A stretch of DNA of 57,923 nucleotides, the filler included, from Acidimicrobiia bacterium (GTDB taxonomy: Bacteria > Actinomycetota > Acidimicrobiia > Spongiisociales > UBA11373): NCBI GenBank assembly GCA_040878325.1. It is 3 parts of 3 records of this genome, joined end to end, with 100 filler letters (N's around TTAATTAATTAA, not from the genome) between each part and the next. Parts side by side here need not be neighbours in the genome. Positions count along the whole stretch, not along the records: positions 1 to 21,683 come from JBBDMM010000005.1; 2 more parts are not named here. One strand, written 5' to 3'. Below, in pieces: positions 1 through 9,342 of this stretch. The position numbers and the translations under genes are program-made. Positions within the stretch are counted from its first letter, which is position 1. Each line of letters begins with the position of its first letter. Under the pieces are notes generated by a model. The model was not told the DNA's origin. It saw nothing but the letters and a program-made list of their open reading frames with translations, and searched no databases.

Positions 1-52
1 AAGTGTCAAGGATCTCCCCGCACGATTGTCAACCATGTCCCCGGTCTTGACA

Positions 53-132
53 GGAGGCCGGGGGGAGACCTCGCAGGGTCAGCTGCCCCCCTCCCCCCTT
101 CGGGGTACTCCCCCCGGAGGCTGGGGGGAGAC
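53..132. repeat. REP-like GC-rich repeat/hairpin
   Basis: GGAGGC(C/T)GGGGGGAGAC occurs at 53-69 and 116-132; a C-run/G-run hairpin is possible at about 108-131. Confidence 0.45.
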
Positions 133-186
133 GTTACCAATCGCCAATTGCGGCCGAGCGCAGCGAGGCCCCCTTAGGCTTCTTCT

Positions 187-2115
187 ATGTCCATCCTGTG
201 GGAGCCGACGGCGGCGGAGGTCGCCGCTTCGAATATGACGCGGTTCATGAGGTCCGTGCCGGGGGCGCCGAAGACCTACGACGAGTTGTGGCGGTGGTCG
301 ATCGACGACCGGGCAGCCTTCTGGGAGGCAGTGTGGGACTTCGCCGACGTGGTCTCCTCGGCGCCTTACCAAGCCGTGCTGGGCCGCGAGGGCATGCCCG
401 GTACCGAGTGGTTTCCCGGAGCCCGGCTCAACTTTGCGGAGAACCTTCTGCGCGGCGACCCGGACGAGGCGGCCGTCGTGGCGATCACCGAGGAGGGCGG
501 GTTCGAGACCCTCAACCGGGGTGAACTCCGGGCGCGGGTTGCCAGGGCGCAGGCGGGGCTACGGCGGCTCGACGTGGGCCCGGGCGATCGGGTGGCCGGA
601 CTGGTCACCAACGGAACCGAGGCAGTCGTGGCGATGCTCGCCACCAGTTCGATCGGGGCGATCTGGTCGTCGTGCTCACCCGATTTCGGGCCGCTTGGCG
701 TCATCGACCGTTTTGGGCAGATCGAGCCGAAGGTGCTGATCGCAGTGGACGGCTACCCGTACAACGGCTCGGTCCACCGGGTCGACGCCACGGTCACCCA
801 GGCGCTCGCCTCCATCCCGTCGATCGAACACCTGGTTGTGATCGACCGGGTCGGCAGCGGGATCGACGCCCCGAACGCCGTCGCCTGGACCGCCCTGCTC
901 GCCGGTGACGCCTCCGAACCCGATTACGCCCAACTGCCGTTCGACCACCCGCTCTACATCATGTACTCGTCGGGGACGACCGGCCGACCCAAGAGCATCG
1001 TGCACGGCGCAGGCGGAACGCTCCTCAAGCACTTGTCCGAGCAGGTGCTCCACTGCGACCTCGGACCTGGGGACCGCCTCTTCTGGTTCACCACCTGCGG
1101 CTGGATGATGTGGAATTGGCTCGTGAGCGGCCTCGCCACGGGAGCCGCGATCGTCCTCTACGACGGCAGCCCGTCCCACCCGACGCTGACCCGCCTCTGG
1201 GAGATCGCCGAGCGGGCGGCAATCACGCATTTTGGGACGAGCCCCAAGTTCCTGGCGGCGAACGCCAACGCCCGCCAGACCCCCAAGGACGTCGCCGACC
1301 TGTCGTCGATCCGCTGGATCGGTTCGACCGGCGCCCCGCTGCTGCCCGAGCAGTTCGACTGGGTGTACGAGCATCTGCCTCCGCGGGTTCAGCTGGCCTC
1401 GGTCAGCGGCGGGACCGACATCATCGGTTGCTTCGCCGGCGGGGTGCCCATCCTTCCCGTCCGTCGTGGAGAGCTCCAGGCGCGCAACCTGGGGATGGCG
1501 GTGGAAGCCTGGGACGCGTCCGGCCATCCGGTGATCGGAGAGAAGGGCGAACTCGTGTGCACTCGACCCTTCGTATCCATGCCGGTCGGGTTCTGGAAGG
1601 ACCCCGACGGCAGCAGGTACCACGACGCCTACTTCGCCGAGTTCGAAGGGGTGTGGACCCATGGCGATTTCATCGAGATCCGGCCAGAGGGAGGCGTCAT
1701 CATCTACGGACGCAGCGACACGACGCTGAACCCTGGCGGCGTCCGCATCGGCACCGCCGAGATCTACCGGGCGATCGAGCCCATCGCCGAGGTCGTCGAC
1801 TCGATCGCGGTCGGACGAGATGCCGGGGGGGACGTCGAGGTGGTGCTGTTCGTCCTACTCGCCGAAGGGCACCTGCTCGACGAGGGCCTGCGGAAACGGA
1901 TCATCGACCGGATCCGCACGATGACGACGCCGCGCCACGTGCCCCGACAGATCATCCAGGTCGACGACATCCCCTACACGGTCAGCGGCAAAAAGGTCGA
2001 GAAGGCGGTGCGGCAGGTACTCGCCGGCGAGCCGACGACCAACCGTGACGCCCTGGCGAACCCGGAGGCCCTCGACGCGTTCGAAGTGATCCGGCGGAGG
2101 GAGTTTGGGGAGTAA
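187..2115 (+). CDS. Acetoacetate--CoA ligase (acetoacetyl-CoA synthetase)
   Basis: 642 aa; WFPGARLNFAENLL, YIMYSSGTTGRPKSIVH, FWFTTCGWMMWNWL, SVSGGTD, GRSDTTLNPGGVRIGTAEIY, SGKKVE; TAGGCT -10 box 6 nt before the ATG. Confidence 0.93.
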   Translation: MSILWEPTAAEVAASNMTRFMRSVPGAPKTYDELWRWSIDDRAAFWEAVWDFADVVSSAPYQAVLGREGMPGTEWFPGARLNFAENLLRGDPDEAAVVAITEEGGFETLNRGELRARVARAQAGLRRLDVGPGDRVAGLVTNGTEAVVAMLATSSIGAIWSSCSPDFGPLGVIDRFGQIEPKVLIAVDGYPYNGSVHRVDATVTQALASIPSIEHLVVIDRVGSGIDAPNAVAWTALLAGDASEPDYAQLPFDHPLYIMYSSGTTGRPKSIVHGAGGTLLKHLSEQVLHCDLGPGDRLFWFTTCGWMMWNWLVSGLATGAAIVLYDGSPSHPTLTRLWEIAERAAITHFGTSPKFLAANANARQTPKDVADLSSIRWIGSTGAPLLPEQFDWVYEHLPPRVQLASVSGGTDIIGCFAGGVPILPVRRGELQARNLGMAVEAWDASGHPVIGEKGELVCTRPFVSMPVGFWKDPDGSRYHDAYFAEFEGVWTHGDFIEIRPEGGVIIYGRSDTTLNPGGVRIGTAEIYRAIEPIAEVVDSIAVGRDAGGDVEVVLFVLLAEGHLLDEGLRKRIIDRIRTMTTPRHVPRQIIQVDDIPYTVSGKKVEKAVRQVLAGEPTTNRDALANPEALDAFEVIRRREFGE

Positions 2116-2200
2116 GCCTTCCGCCTTCCGCCTTCCGCAAGAGAGCGCCATCAGTGTTCTTCATTCGTGCGGGCAGCGGGCAGCGGGCAGCGGGTAGCGG
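2116..2200. repeat. Heptamer tandem arrays (CCTTCCG)x3 and (GCGGGCA)x4
   Basis: Read directly at 2116-2138 and 2169-2200. Confidence 0.85.
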
Positions 2201-2227
2201 CTCGCGGGCTCGCGATAGCATCGCCCC

Positions 2228-3883
2228 ATGAACGAACATCTCGACCAGCTTGCCCGCGACTATTGGGAATACACCCTCGAGACGAACCCGACCCAGGCGC
2301 TCATGCTCGGTGACCATCGTTTCGATGACAAGATCGAAGAGGTCTCTCTCGAGGCCGAAGACCGCAACATCCGCCGGTTACGTGAGTTCGCGGACAAGGC
2401 GGAGGCGATCGACCCGGATTCGTTGAGCAAGGACGAGCGGATCACCCGCGAGGTGATGATCTTCGATGCGCGCAGCAACGCCGACATGGATGAGACCCGG
2501 CTGGCCGAGTTGGCCGTCAACCATGCCGTCGGGATCCAGGCGATGCTCCCCGTCGTCATCCCCCAGCTGCCGCTGACCGCTCCCGAGCACGCCCAGGCGA
2601 TGCCGGCCAAGTTCCGGGCGATGGCGCAGACCTTCGACGACGGTGCCGAGCGGCTGCGGCAAGGTGTGGCGAGCGGCCGCACCCCTATGGCATCGACCGC
2701 GGCCAAGACCATAGAGCAGGTCGACCAAATGCTGGCGGTGCCACTGGCGGAGGACCGCCACCTGGCCCTGCGCGCCCCCGCCGGCTGGGATGGCGAAGCG
2801 GCCTGGCGGGACGAAATGGCCAAGGTCGTATCCGACGTGCTGCGGCCTGCGTACAGCCGCTGGCGCGACACCATCGCCAACGAGGTGATCCCCGCGGCCC
2901 GTCCCGACGACAAGCCGGGTCTGTGCTGGCTGCCGGACGGCGAGCAGACCTACGCCCGCACCCTCAACCGGTTCACCACGACGAGCCTGACGCCAGACGA
3001 GATCCACGAGATCGGGCTCGGCCAGATCGCCCGGCTCGCCGACGAGTACCGCGAGCTGGGCGCCGAAGTGCTGGGGACCAGCGATCTGAAGGAGATCTTC
3101 TCCCGACTACGCGACGACCCCAAGCTCCACTTCAAGGACGGCCCCACCATCGTGGCGGCCTCGGAGAAGGCGATGGCCAAGGCGAAGGCGGCGATGGGCG
3201 ACTGGTTCGGCCGGCTGCCGGTAGCCGATTGCATCGTGGCCGAGACCCCGAGCGGTCCGACGGCGTTCTACTTCCGGCCTGCCGTCGATGGCAGCCGTCC
3301 CGGAATGTTCTTCGTAAACACCTCCGACCCGACTCGATGGGGCAAGTTCGAGATCGAGTCGATGGCCTATCACGAGGGGATCCCGGGCCACCACCTCCAG
3401 CTGGCGATCGCCCAGGAACTCGAGAACATCCCAGAGTTCCGCAAGCACACCGCCAACAGCGCCTACGCCGAAGGCTGGGGCCTCTACACCGAGCGACTCG
3501 CCGACGAGATGGGGCTGTACTCCTCCGGGTTGGAGCGGATGGGGATGCTTTCGGCCGACTCGATGCGGGCCGGACGGCTCGTCATCGACACCGGTATCCA
3601 TGCCAAGGGGTGGTCACGCCAGCAGGCCATCGACTACTTCCTCGAGAACTCGCCGATGTCGCTGGGGACGATCGAGGGGGAGGTCGACCGGTACATCGGC
3701 ATGCCGGGACAGGCGTGCTCGTACATGATCGGCCGCCTCGAGATCCAGCGGATGCGCCGCGAGGCCGAAGAGTCGATGGGCGACCGCTTCGACATCAAGG
3801 GCTTCCACGACACCGTCCTCGGCTCCGGCCTGGTGCCCCTGACCACCCTCGACCGCATGGTCAAGGAGTGGGCGGCGGCCTGA
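2228..3883 (+). CDS. DUF885 family protein (putative metallopeptidase-like)
   Basis: AYHEGIPGHHLQ, AYAEGWGLYTERL, RLVIDTGIH, EVDRY..MPGQACSYMIG motifs typical of DUF885; TAGCAT -10 box 6 nt before the ATG. Confidence 0.9.
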   Translation: MNEHLDQLARDYWEYTLETNPTQALMLGDHRFDDKIEEVSLEAEDRNIRRLREFADKAEAIDPDSLSKDERITREVMIFDARSNADMDETRLAELAVNHAVGIQAMLPVVIPQLPLTAPEHAQAMPAKFRAMAQTFDDGAERLRQGVASGRTPMASTAAKTIEQVDQMLAVPLAEDRHLALRAPAGWDGEAAWRDEMAKVVSDVLRPAYSRWRDTIANEVIPAARPDDKPGLCWLPDGEQTYARTLNRFTTTSLTPDEIHEIGLGQIARLADEYRELGAEVLGTSDLKEIFSRLRDDPKLHFKDGPTIVAASEKAMAKAKAAMGDWFGRLPVADCIVAETPSGPTAFYFRPAVDGSRPGMFFVNTSDPTRWGKFEIESMAYHEGIPGHHLQLAIAQELENIPEFRKHTANSAYAEGWGLYTERLADEMGLYSSGLERMGMLSADSMRAGRLVIDTGIHAKGWSRQQAIDYFLENSPMSLGTIEGEVDRYIGMPGQACSYMIGRLEIQRMRREAEESMGDRFDIKGFHDTVLGSGLVPLTTLDRMVKEWAAA

Positions 3884-3892
3884 CGGCTTCGC

Positions 3893-4420
3893 TCAGCGTC
3901 CCCTGAGCCTGGTGAAGTCGTAGGGAATCTCGTCGGTGCCGAGCGGCAGCGTGTACTTGTCCGGGTCGGCGTGGTCGAACGGTTCTGTCTTGAAGTTGAT
4001 GCCCACGAAGTCACCTTTGCCGACACATGCCAACGCGTGCCAGACGCCGGCGGGAATCGAGACGAGCCGCCGATGAAACTCGCTGAGAGGAATCTCGGCT
4101 GTCAACCCCTCAGTCGGCGATCCCTCGCGCGAGTCGTGGAGAACGAGCACCGCTTCGCCGAACAGCACCGCATAGCGGTCTTCGGTGCGCGCATGGCGGC
4201 CCCAGCCCTTGATGACGCCCGGGCGCACGGTGAATGCATATGCGTGGGCGAGGGGGGCCGGGTGCCACTTCCACATCGGGTTGAACAACTCCACCAACCA
4301 CCCGCGCCCGTCCACATGCGTGGTCAGATTCCGGAAGGTGACGCCAGCGGGCACCGGCGCAACCCTCTCCCCCGCCGAATCGACGGTCTGTTGCTGCTTG
4401 GTGCCCCGTTTGTCAGCCAC
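3893..4420 (-). CDS. dTDP-4-dehydrorhamnose 3,5-epimerase-like (RmlC-like cupin)
   Basis: DGRGWLVELF, PGVIKGWGRH, IPAGVWHA; start reassigned to GTG 4420 (TACCGT -10 box 6 nt upstream) because the longer ORF overlaps the tRNA. Confidence 0.75.
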   Translation of the reverse strand: MADKRGTKQQQTVDSAGERVAPVPAGVTFRNLTTHVDGRGWLVELFNPMWKWHPAPLAHAYAFTVRPGVIKGWGRHARTEDRYAVLFGEAVLVLHDSREGSPTEGLTAEIPLSEFHRRLVSIPAGVWHALACVGKGDFVGINFKTEPFDHADPDKYTLPLGTDEIPYDFTRLRGR

Positions 4421-4446
4421 CGCATCACGGTACACAGGGCCTAAGG

Positions 4447-4582
4447 GCGTCTGTTCGCCGCCTCTTGGCGGCGAAGTCGGCCCGGGAATCAACACGGCCG
4501 CCATGGGGTTGGGGCCCCATCTGGCGGAGGAGGGCCGACCAGCGTCTGTTCGCCGCCGCAGGCGGCGAAGTCGGCCCGGGAA
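4447..4582. repeat. Two direct copies of a ~42-bp palindromic REP-like element downstream of the tRNA
   Basis: GCGTCTGTTCGCCGCC-(TCTT/GCA)-GGCGGCGAAGTCGGCCCGGGAA at 4447-4488 and 4542-4582. Confidence 0.8.
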
Positions 4583-4591
4583 GGAGCACAG

Positions 4592-4677
4592 TGCCCGGGG
4601 AGGGACTCGAACCCCCACGCCCCCTGAGGGACAGCGGATTTTAAGTCCGCCGCGGCTACCGATTTCGCCACCCGGGC
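4592..4677 (-). tRNA. tRNA-Leu (anticodon TAA)
   Basis: Acceptor stem GCCCGGG/CCCGGGC, D-loop TGGCGAAATCGGTAG, anticodon arm GCGGA-CTTAAAA-TCCGC, long variable arm, T-loop GGTTCGAGTCC; CCA not encoded. Confidence 0.95.
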
Positions 4678-4687
4678 AATGGTGTGG

Positions 4688-4699
4688 AGCATATAGCCT
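4688..4699. promoter_or_regulatory. Back-to-back -10 boxes (tRNA on minus strand, leaderless GNAT on plus strand)
   Basis: TATGCT on minus at 4688-4693; TAGCCT on plus at 4694-4699, 6 nt before GTG 4706. Confidence 0.5.
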
Positions 4700-4705
4700 G
4701 GGTGG

Positions 4706-5299
4706 GTGGCACTCGACCCTACCGAGCACATCGTTGCGCTCCACGACGGTTCGTCGGTGCTGATCCGCCCGATCCGGGCCGATGACAAGGACGCCCTCAT
4801 CCGGGGCCTGGCCCGACTGTCCCCAGAATCACGCTATCGCCGGTTCCTCCGTCCGGTCACGAGCCTCAATGCGAGGGAATTGAAATACCTCACCGAGGTC
4901 GACTACACCAGCCACTTCGCCTGGGTGGCGGTGAACCCCGACGACTCCAATGACGGCTGGGGCGTCGCCCGCTACGTCCGCGACCCCAAGGATCCCGAGG
5001 TCGCCGAGGCAGCGGTGGCGGTGGTCGACGACCAGCAGCATCGCGGAATCGGCGGGTACCTACTGCAGTTCCTCAGCGCCAGCGCCATCGCCAACGGGAT
5101 CCACACCTTCCGCGGCTGGGTTCTGGGCGACAACGTGGAGATCCTCCGCCCCCTCGAGCGGATCGGGGCCAGCCGGAAACCGGATCACGGCGTGCTCAAG
5201 ATCGAGGTCGAGTTGAGTGCCGACTTCGAGGGCTCGCCCGCCCAGGAGGTGCTCCGCGCGGTGGCGCGAGGCGAGTTCCTCCCCGAGCCCGGGGAGTAA
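4706..5299 (+). CDS. GNAT family N-acetyltransferase
   Basis: LxDGSSVLIRPI, LSPESRYRRF, AEAAVAVVDDQQHRGIG acetyl-CoA-binding motif. Confidence 0.85.
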   Translation: MALDPTEHIVALHDGSSVLIRPIRADDKDALIRGLARLSPESRYRRFLRPVTSLNARELKYLTEVDYTSHFAWVAVNPDDSNDGWGVARYVRDPKDPEVAEAAVAVVDDQQHRGIGGYLLQFLSASAIANGIHTFRGWVLGDNVEILRPLERIGASRKPDHGVLKIEVELSADFEGSPAQEVLRAVARGEFLPEPGE

Positions 5300-5356
5300 C
5301 TCGCCATTGAGCCTCTGTGGCACTCGCTAGCCTTCCGGCAACCCTTACAGGAGAAC

Positions 5357-6238
5357 ATGAAAGTGCGATGGAGACTGCTGAGCGTCCTGATGATCCTGGC
5401 GCTCGTTGCGGTGGCATGCGGAGACGACGACGCCACCACCTCGAGTACAGGACCCGCCGCCGCATCGTGTGAATTGGCCGACCTCGACCTGGTCAGCCCC
5501 GGCCAGTTGACGGTAGCCACCGGCGAACCCGCCTTCCCGCCCTGGGTAGGAACTCCCACCGGTGACAATTTCGACGAACCAGAGTCCGGTGTCGGATTCG
5601 AATCCGCCGTCGTTTACGCGGTGGCGGAGGAGATGGGGTTCAGTGCCGATCAGGTCGTCTGGGTCCGCGTGGGATTCGACGAGGCGATCGGAGTGGGCCC
5701 CAAGAACTTCGACTTCAACCTCCAGCAGTACACGATCACTGCAGAGCGGGATGAAGTCGTGGACTTCTCCGACCCGTATTACTCGAACGCCCAGGCCCTG
5801 GTGGCCTTCGCAGACAACCCCATCGCCAATGCCACCACGTTCGCCGATCTGGCGGACGCTCGTTTCGGTGTCCAGGTGGGAACAACCAGCCTCGACTACA
5901 TCGAGAACGTGATTCAGCCGAGCACCACGGTGTCGGTGTACGACTCCACTGTCGATGCCAAGTCGGCCCTCGAGGCCGATCAGATCGACGGCCTGGTGGT
6001 CGATGTCGCCACCGCCTACTACATCACCGCGGTCGAGATCCCGGGGAGTGTGGTAGTGGCGACGTTCGGCGCACCGGCCGATGCTCCGGATGAGTTCGGG
6101 ATGTTGTTCGAAGAGGGCAACCCGCTTCGCGACTGTGTCAACGTGGCGCTCTCCGCCCTCCGGGCGGACGGCACGCTGACCTCGCTCGAGGAGCAGTGGC
6201 TGGTGGACGCCGGTGGCGCCATCATCATCTCCGAGTAG
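5357..6238 (+). CDS. Polar amino-acid ABC transporter substrate-binding lipoprotein
   Basis: Lipobox VAVAC, AGGAG RBS, ITAERDEVVDFSDPYY, GVQVGTTS. Confidence 0.9.
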   Translation: MKVRWRLLSVLMILALVAVACGDDDATTSSTGPAAASCELADLDLVSPGQLTVATGEPAFPPWVGTPTGDNFDEPESGVGFESAVVYAVAEEMGFSADQVVWVRVGFDEAIGVGPKNFDFNLQQYTITAERDEVVDFSDPYYSNAQALVAFADNPIANATTFADLADARFGVQVGTTSLDYIENVIQPSTTVSVYDSTVDAKSALEADQIDGLVVDVATAYYITAVEIPGSVVVATFGAPADAPDEFGMLFEEGNPLRDCVNVALSALRADGTLTSLEEQWLVDAGGAIIISE

Positions 6239-7111
6239 GTGACCCAGAATCCACTCGAGCGTGTCGAGCGCCGGGGACCACAGATGTTGTGGCCCCGGCG
6301 CTCGCCGCGAGAGTCGGAGGAGAATGGTCGGGGTGCATGGATCGCCGTCATCTCGACGGTCGTGGTCTTCGGCCTACTGATCGCTCTTGCCCTCAATTCC
6401 CAGTACTGGCCCGCGGTGCAGCGCCAGTTCTTCAACTGGGGCCATTTCAAGACCAGCTTTCCGCTGGTCCTCGACGGCTTCTGGCTCGACGTGAAGATGT
6501 TCATCGTGGCCGAGATCCTGATCCTGGTGATCGGGCTGGCGGTAGCCATGGCCCGATCACTACGAGGCCCCGCCTACACGCCGCTGCGACTGCTGATGAT
6601 CGGTTACATCGACCTGGCGCGCGGCCTCCCCTTGCTGTTGCTGATCCTGCTCATGGGTTTCGGGATCCCGTCCCTCCGGCTGCCCGGAGTGCCCAACAGC
6701 GCCCTCTTCTGGGGCGTCGCGGCCCTGGTCTTTTCATACTCGGCCTACACCGCCGAGGTATATCGAGCAGGCATCGACTCGGTGCCCGAGAGCCAACGGA
6801 TGTCGGCACGCTCGATCGGCCTCACCCAGGGACAGGCGCTGTGGCATGTGATTGTGCCCCAGGCGGTCCGCAACGTGATCCCTGCGCTGCTGAACGGGTT
6901 CGTGAGTCTCCAGAAGGACGTCGCCCTCGTGTTCGTGCTCGGCGTCCGCGAGGGGCTCCGTGAAGCCGACATTTACAACGCCCGCACCTTCAACTACACC
7001 AGCTACATCGCGGCGGCGGTGCTGTTCCTGCTGGTGAGCATCCCGGTCGCCCGCTTCACCGACTGGTACTCCGATCGACAGCGGAAGCGAATGCAGGCGA
7101 TGAGCACATGA
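6239..7111 (+). CDS. Polar amino-acid ABC transporter permease
   Basis: Multiple TM segments; RGLPLL, SAYTAEVYRAGI, IVPQAVRNVIP; the exact start is uncertain. Confidence 0.9.
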   Translation: MTQNPLERVERRGPQMLWPRRSPRESEENGRGAWIAVISTVVVFGLLIALALNSQYWPAVQRQFFNWGHFKTSFPLVLDGFWLDVKMFIVAEILILVIGLAVAMARSLRGPAYTPLRLLMIGYIDLARGLPLLLLILLMGFGIPSLRLPGVPNSALFWGVAALVFSYSAYTAEVYRAGIDSVPESQRMSARSIGLTQGQALWHVIVPQAVRNVIPALLNGFVSLQKDVALVFVLGVREGLREADIYNARTFNYTSYIAAAVLFLLVSIPVARFTDWYSDRQRKRMQAMST

Positions 7112-7857
7112 GCGATCCCAAGCTCTCCATCCGTGGCGTGGGCAAGTCGTTCGACGGCAAAGAAGTGCTGCGCGAAGTCGACATCGATGTCGCCAACCAC
7201 GAGGTGGTGTGCCTCATCGGCTCATCGGGATCGGGCAAGTCGACGTTGCTCAAGTGCATCAACCTGCTGGTTCCCATCGACAAGGGCGAGATCCTGCTCG
7301 ACGGCACCAGGGTCACCGGCCCCGGAGTGAACAGCAACACCGTACGCCACACGATGGGGATCGTGTTCCAGGCGTTCAACCTGTTCCCCCACATGCGGGT
7401 GATCGACAACGTGACGCTCGGCCCGCGCAAGGCGCACAAGATCCCACGCGAAGAGGCCGAGCAGAACGCCTGGGTCTTGCTCGAACGGTTCGGCCTGGTC
7501 GACAAGGCACGGGAGTACCCGGACCGCCTCTCCGGCGGACAGCAGCAACGGGTGGCGATCGTGCGAGCGCTCGCCTCGAAGCCGAGCCTGATGCTGCTCG
7601 ACGAGGTCACCTCGGCACTCGACCCCGAGCTGGTGGGCGAGGTGCTGGCGGTGATCCAGGACCTGAAGACAGAAGGCATGACCATGCTCGTCGCCACCCA
7701 TGAGATGGGCTTCGCCCGCGACGTCGCCGACCGGGTGTGTTTCCTCGACGCCGGGGTGGTGCTCGAACAGGGGCCTCCCGCCGAGATCTTCACCCGGCCC
7801 CAGCACCCCCGCACCCAGCAGTTCCTGGAACGAATCGTCGAAGCCCGCCGGCTGTAG
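7108..7857 (+). CDS. Polar amino-acid ABC transporter ATP-binding protein (GlnQ family)
   Basis: GSSGSGKST, VFQAFNLFPH, LSGGQQQRVAI, LLDEVTSALDPE, THEMGFA. Confidence 0.93.
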   Translation: MSDPKLSIRGVGKSFDGKEVLREVDIDVANHEVVCLIGSSGSGKSTLLKCINLLVPIDKGEILLDGTRVTGPGVNSNTVRHTMGIVFQAFNLFPHMRVIDNVTLGPRKAHKIPREEAEQNAWVLLERFGLVDKAREYPDRLSGGQQQRVAIVRALASKPSLMLLDEVTSALDPELVGEVLAVIQDLKTEGMTMLVATHEMGFARDVADRVCFLDAGVVLEQGPPAEIFTRPQHPRTQQFLERIVEARRL

Positions 7858-7870
7858 ATAGCCTCAGGTC

Positions 7871-8491
7871 ATGATCTCGATCGATCACGTGATCTTCGTT
7901 GTGGAGGACCTCGACCGGGCCGCCGACGTGCTCTTCGAGACCCACGGCCTCGCTTCGGTCGCGGGCGGACGGCACCCCGGTCACGGCACCGGCAACCGCA
8001 TCGTCCCGCTCGGCACCGCCTACCTGGAACTGATGGCGGTGATCGACCCGGTGGAGGCGGCGCAGAGCCCGATGGGTCAGTGGGCGGCAGCCACCGAACG
8101 GCCGGGGTTGGTGCCGGCGGCGCTATGCCTCCGCACCGAGGATGCCGACGAGGAGGCCCGGCGCCTCCGCCTCGCCGCCATCCCGATGACCCGCACCCGC
8201 CCCGACGGCGAGGTGCTGTCGTGGCGGCTCGTCGGAGTGGACGACATGTTCGGACCCGAACGCCTGCCGTTCTTCATCGAGTGGGAGGTGGAGGCGGATT
8301 CCCATCCCGGGCGCGCCCTGGCCGAGCATCGGGTGATCCCCACCGGCATCGCCGCCGTGGACCTCAGCGGAAACCCCCGTCTCATCGAGGAGCGCCTCGG
8401 AGTCCACGTGCTCCCGATCACGGTCACCGCAGGCCCGCCCGGAGTGAATTCGGTGGTGGTTGCCACCGAGAAGGGAGAGGTGGCGCTGTGA
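7871..8491 (+). CDS. VOC/glyoxalase-like domain protein
   Basis: IDHVIFVVEDL, GGRHPGHGTGN, YLEL, LPFFIEW; TAGCCT -10 box 6 nt before the ATG. Confidence 0.85.
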   Translation: MISIDHVIFVVEDLDRAADVLFETHGLASVAGGRHPGHGTGNRIVPLGTAYLELMAVIDPVEAAQSPMGQWAAATERPGLVPAALCLRTEDADEEARRLRLAAIPMTRTRPDGEVLSWRLVGVDDMFGPERLPFFIEWEVEADSHPGRALAEHRVIPTGIAAVDLSGNPRLIEERLGVHVLPITVTAGPPGVNSVVVATEKGEVAL

Positions 8492-8500
8492 GGTTCGCTC

Positions 8501-9010
8501 TCAGCGGATGATCTCGCCTAGCGCAGCGAACCGCAGCATGTGCGCTTGGCCGCTGTGCAAGGCGTACTCATCGACCATCTTGATCAGCACCGCACCGAGC
8601 GGCCGGCCGTGGCCCTTTCCCACCGCGTCGAGGTCCGCAAGGGCGACGATGGCGACATCGGCCTTCGCAAGCTCGTCGAAATAGAGCCTGAGATCGGCGT
8701 CGATGGTGGCGACCGATCCTCCGGCGTAGTCGTCGTCGCCGTAGTGATCGACCCGGTCGCCGCCGCCCAGACCCCACGAGAGGTACACGTGCTCCATTTG
8801 CGCCATGTGCCGGAAGAGACCCAGAACGGAAAGTTCAACGGGCGGTACCGACCATTCGACCAACTGTGCCGGCGTCAGATCACGGAGCTTTCTCGTGAAC
8901 TCGTGCCGCTGGTAACCGAGCCACTCGGTGAGCTGCGTCCGCAGGTCGGTATCGGCAGCAGGTTGTTCTCGCTTGCCGAAGTCCAAGTTCGAGAGCACGT
9001 CGGAGCCCAT
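8501..9010 (-). CDS. DinB/DUF664 family protein
   Basis: LSVLGLFRHMAQME and MVDEYALHSGQAHMLR motifs. Confidence 0.75.
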   Translation of the reverse strand: MGSDVLSNLDFGKREQPAADTDLRTQLTEWLGYQRHEFTRKLRDLTPAQLVEWSVPPVELSVLGLFRHMAQMEHVYLSWGLGGGDRVDHYGDDDYAGGSVATIDADLRLYFDELAKADVAIVALADLDAVGKGHGRPLGAVLIKMVDEYALHSGQAHMLRFAALGEIIR

Positions 9011-9057
9011 GGCCGCCGATCATACGATCCCCGCCAGCCCAGCAGCTCAGGGAGCAT

Positions 9058-9267
9058 TCACCCGAACCCGACGCGATCGCGGCGCAAGTCCTCCAGGTCG
9101 CCCTCCCAGCCCATCCCCTCCATCTCGAGAAACTCCTCGGAGGTGAGCGCCTCGCCGGCGGCGAGGCGCAGGGCCAGGTCCACGGCGGCGCGCTTGGTGT
9201 TGACCCGGTAACGCCGCATAACCAGCGCGATCAGATCGTCGTCGATTTCGATGTTGGTGCGGGACAC
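9058..9267 (-). CDS. vapB: VapB family antitoxin (no adjacent toxin)
   Basis: [34 protein letters not shown] pattern of actinobacterial VapB; TACGGT -10 box 6 nt before the GTG. Confidence 0.85.
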   Translation of the reverse strand: MSRTNIEIDDDLIALVMRRYRVNTKRAAVDLALRLAAGEALTSEEFLEMEGMGWEGDLEDLRRDRVGFG

Positions 9268-9342
9268 CTCGTCACCGTACCCACTCGTACACCTGATGGC
9301 GTATCGACCGGGAGCGTCTACTCGGATTCGGCAAGTACGGGG

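Noticed and set aside
4447..4600. Prophage or island att site at the tRNA 3' end
   Set aside because: No integrase and no duplicated tRNA 3' segment found; the shared CCCGGG is too short
4592..4677. bldA-style TTA control of the NRPS cluster
   Set aside because: In-frame TTA codons occur in the GT (22105), NRPS1 (29105) and NRPS2 (32854) but also in DUF885 (2378), nosZ (43536) and nosD (46705); the tRNA is on a different contig and enrichment cannot be shown by eye
3893..4744. ORF-track long N-termini (also for ppx, mazG, mfd, PPTase, cupredoxin, nosF, aminotransferase, hydrolase)
   Set aside because: The extensions overlap the tRNA, repeats or neighbouring genes; downstream starts have SD, -10 or stop-start coupling support
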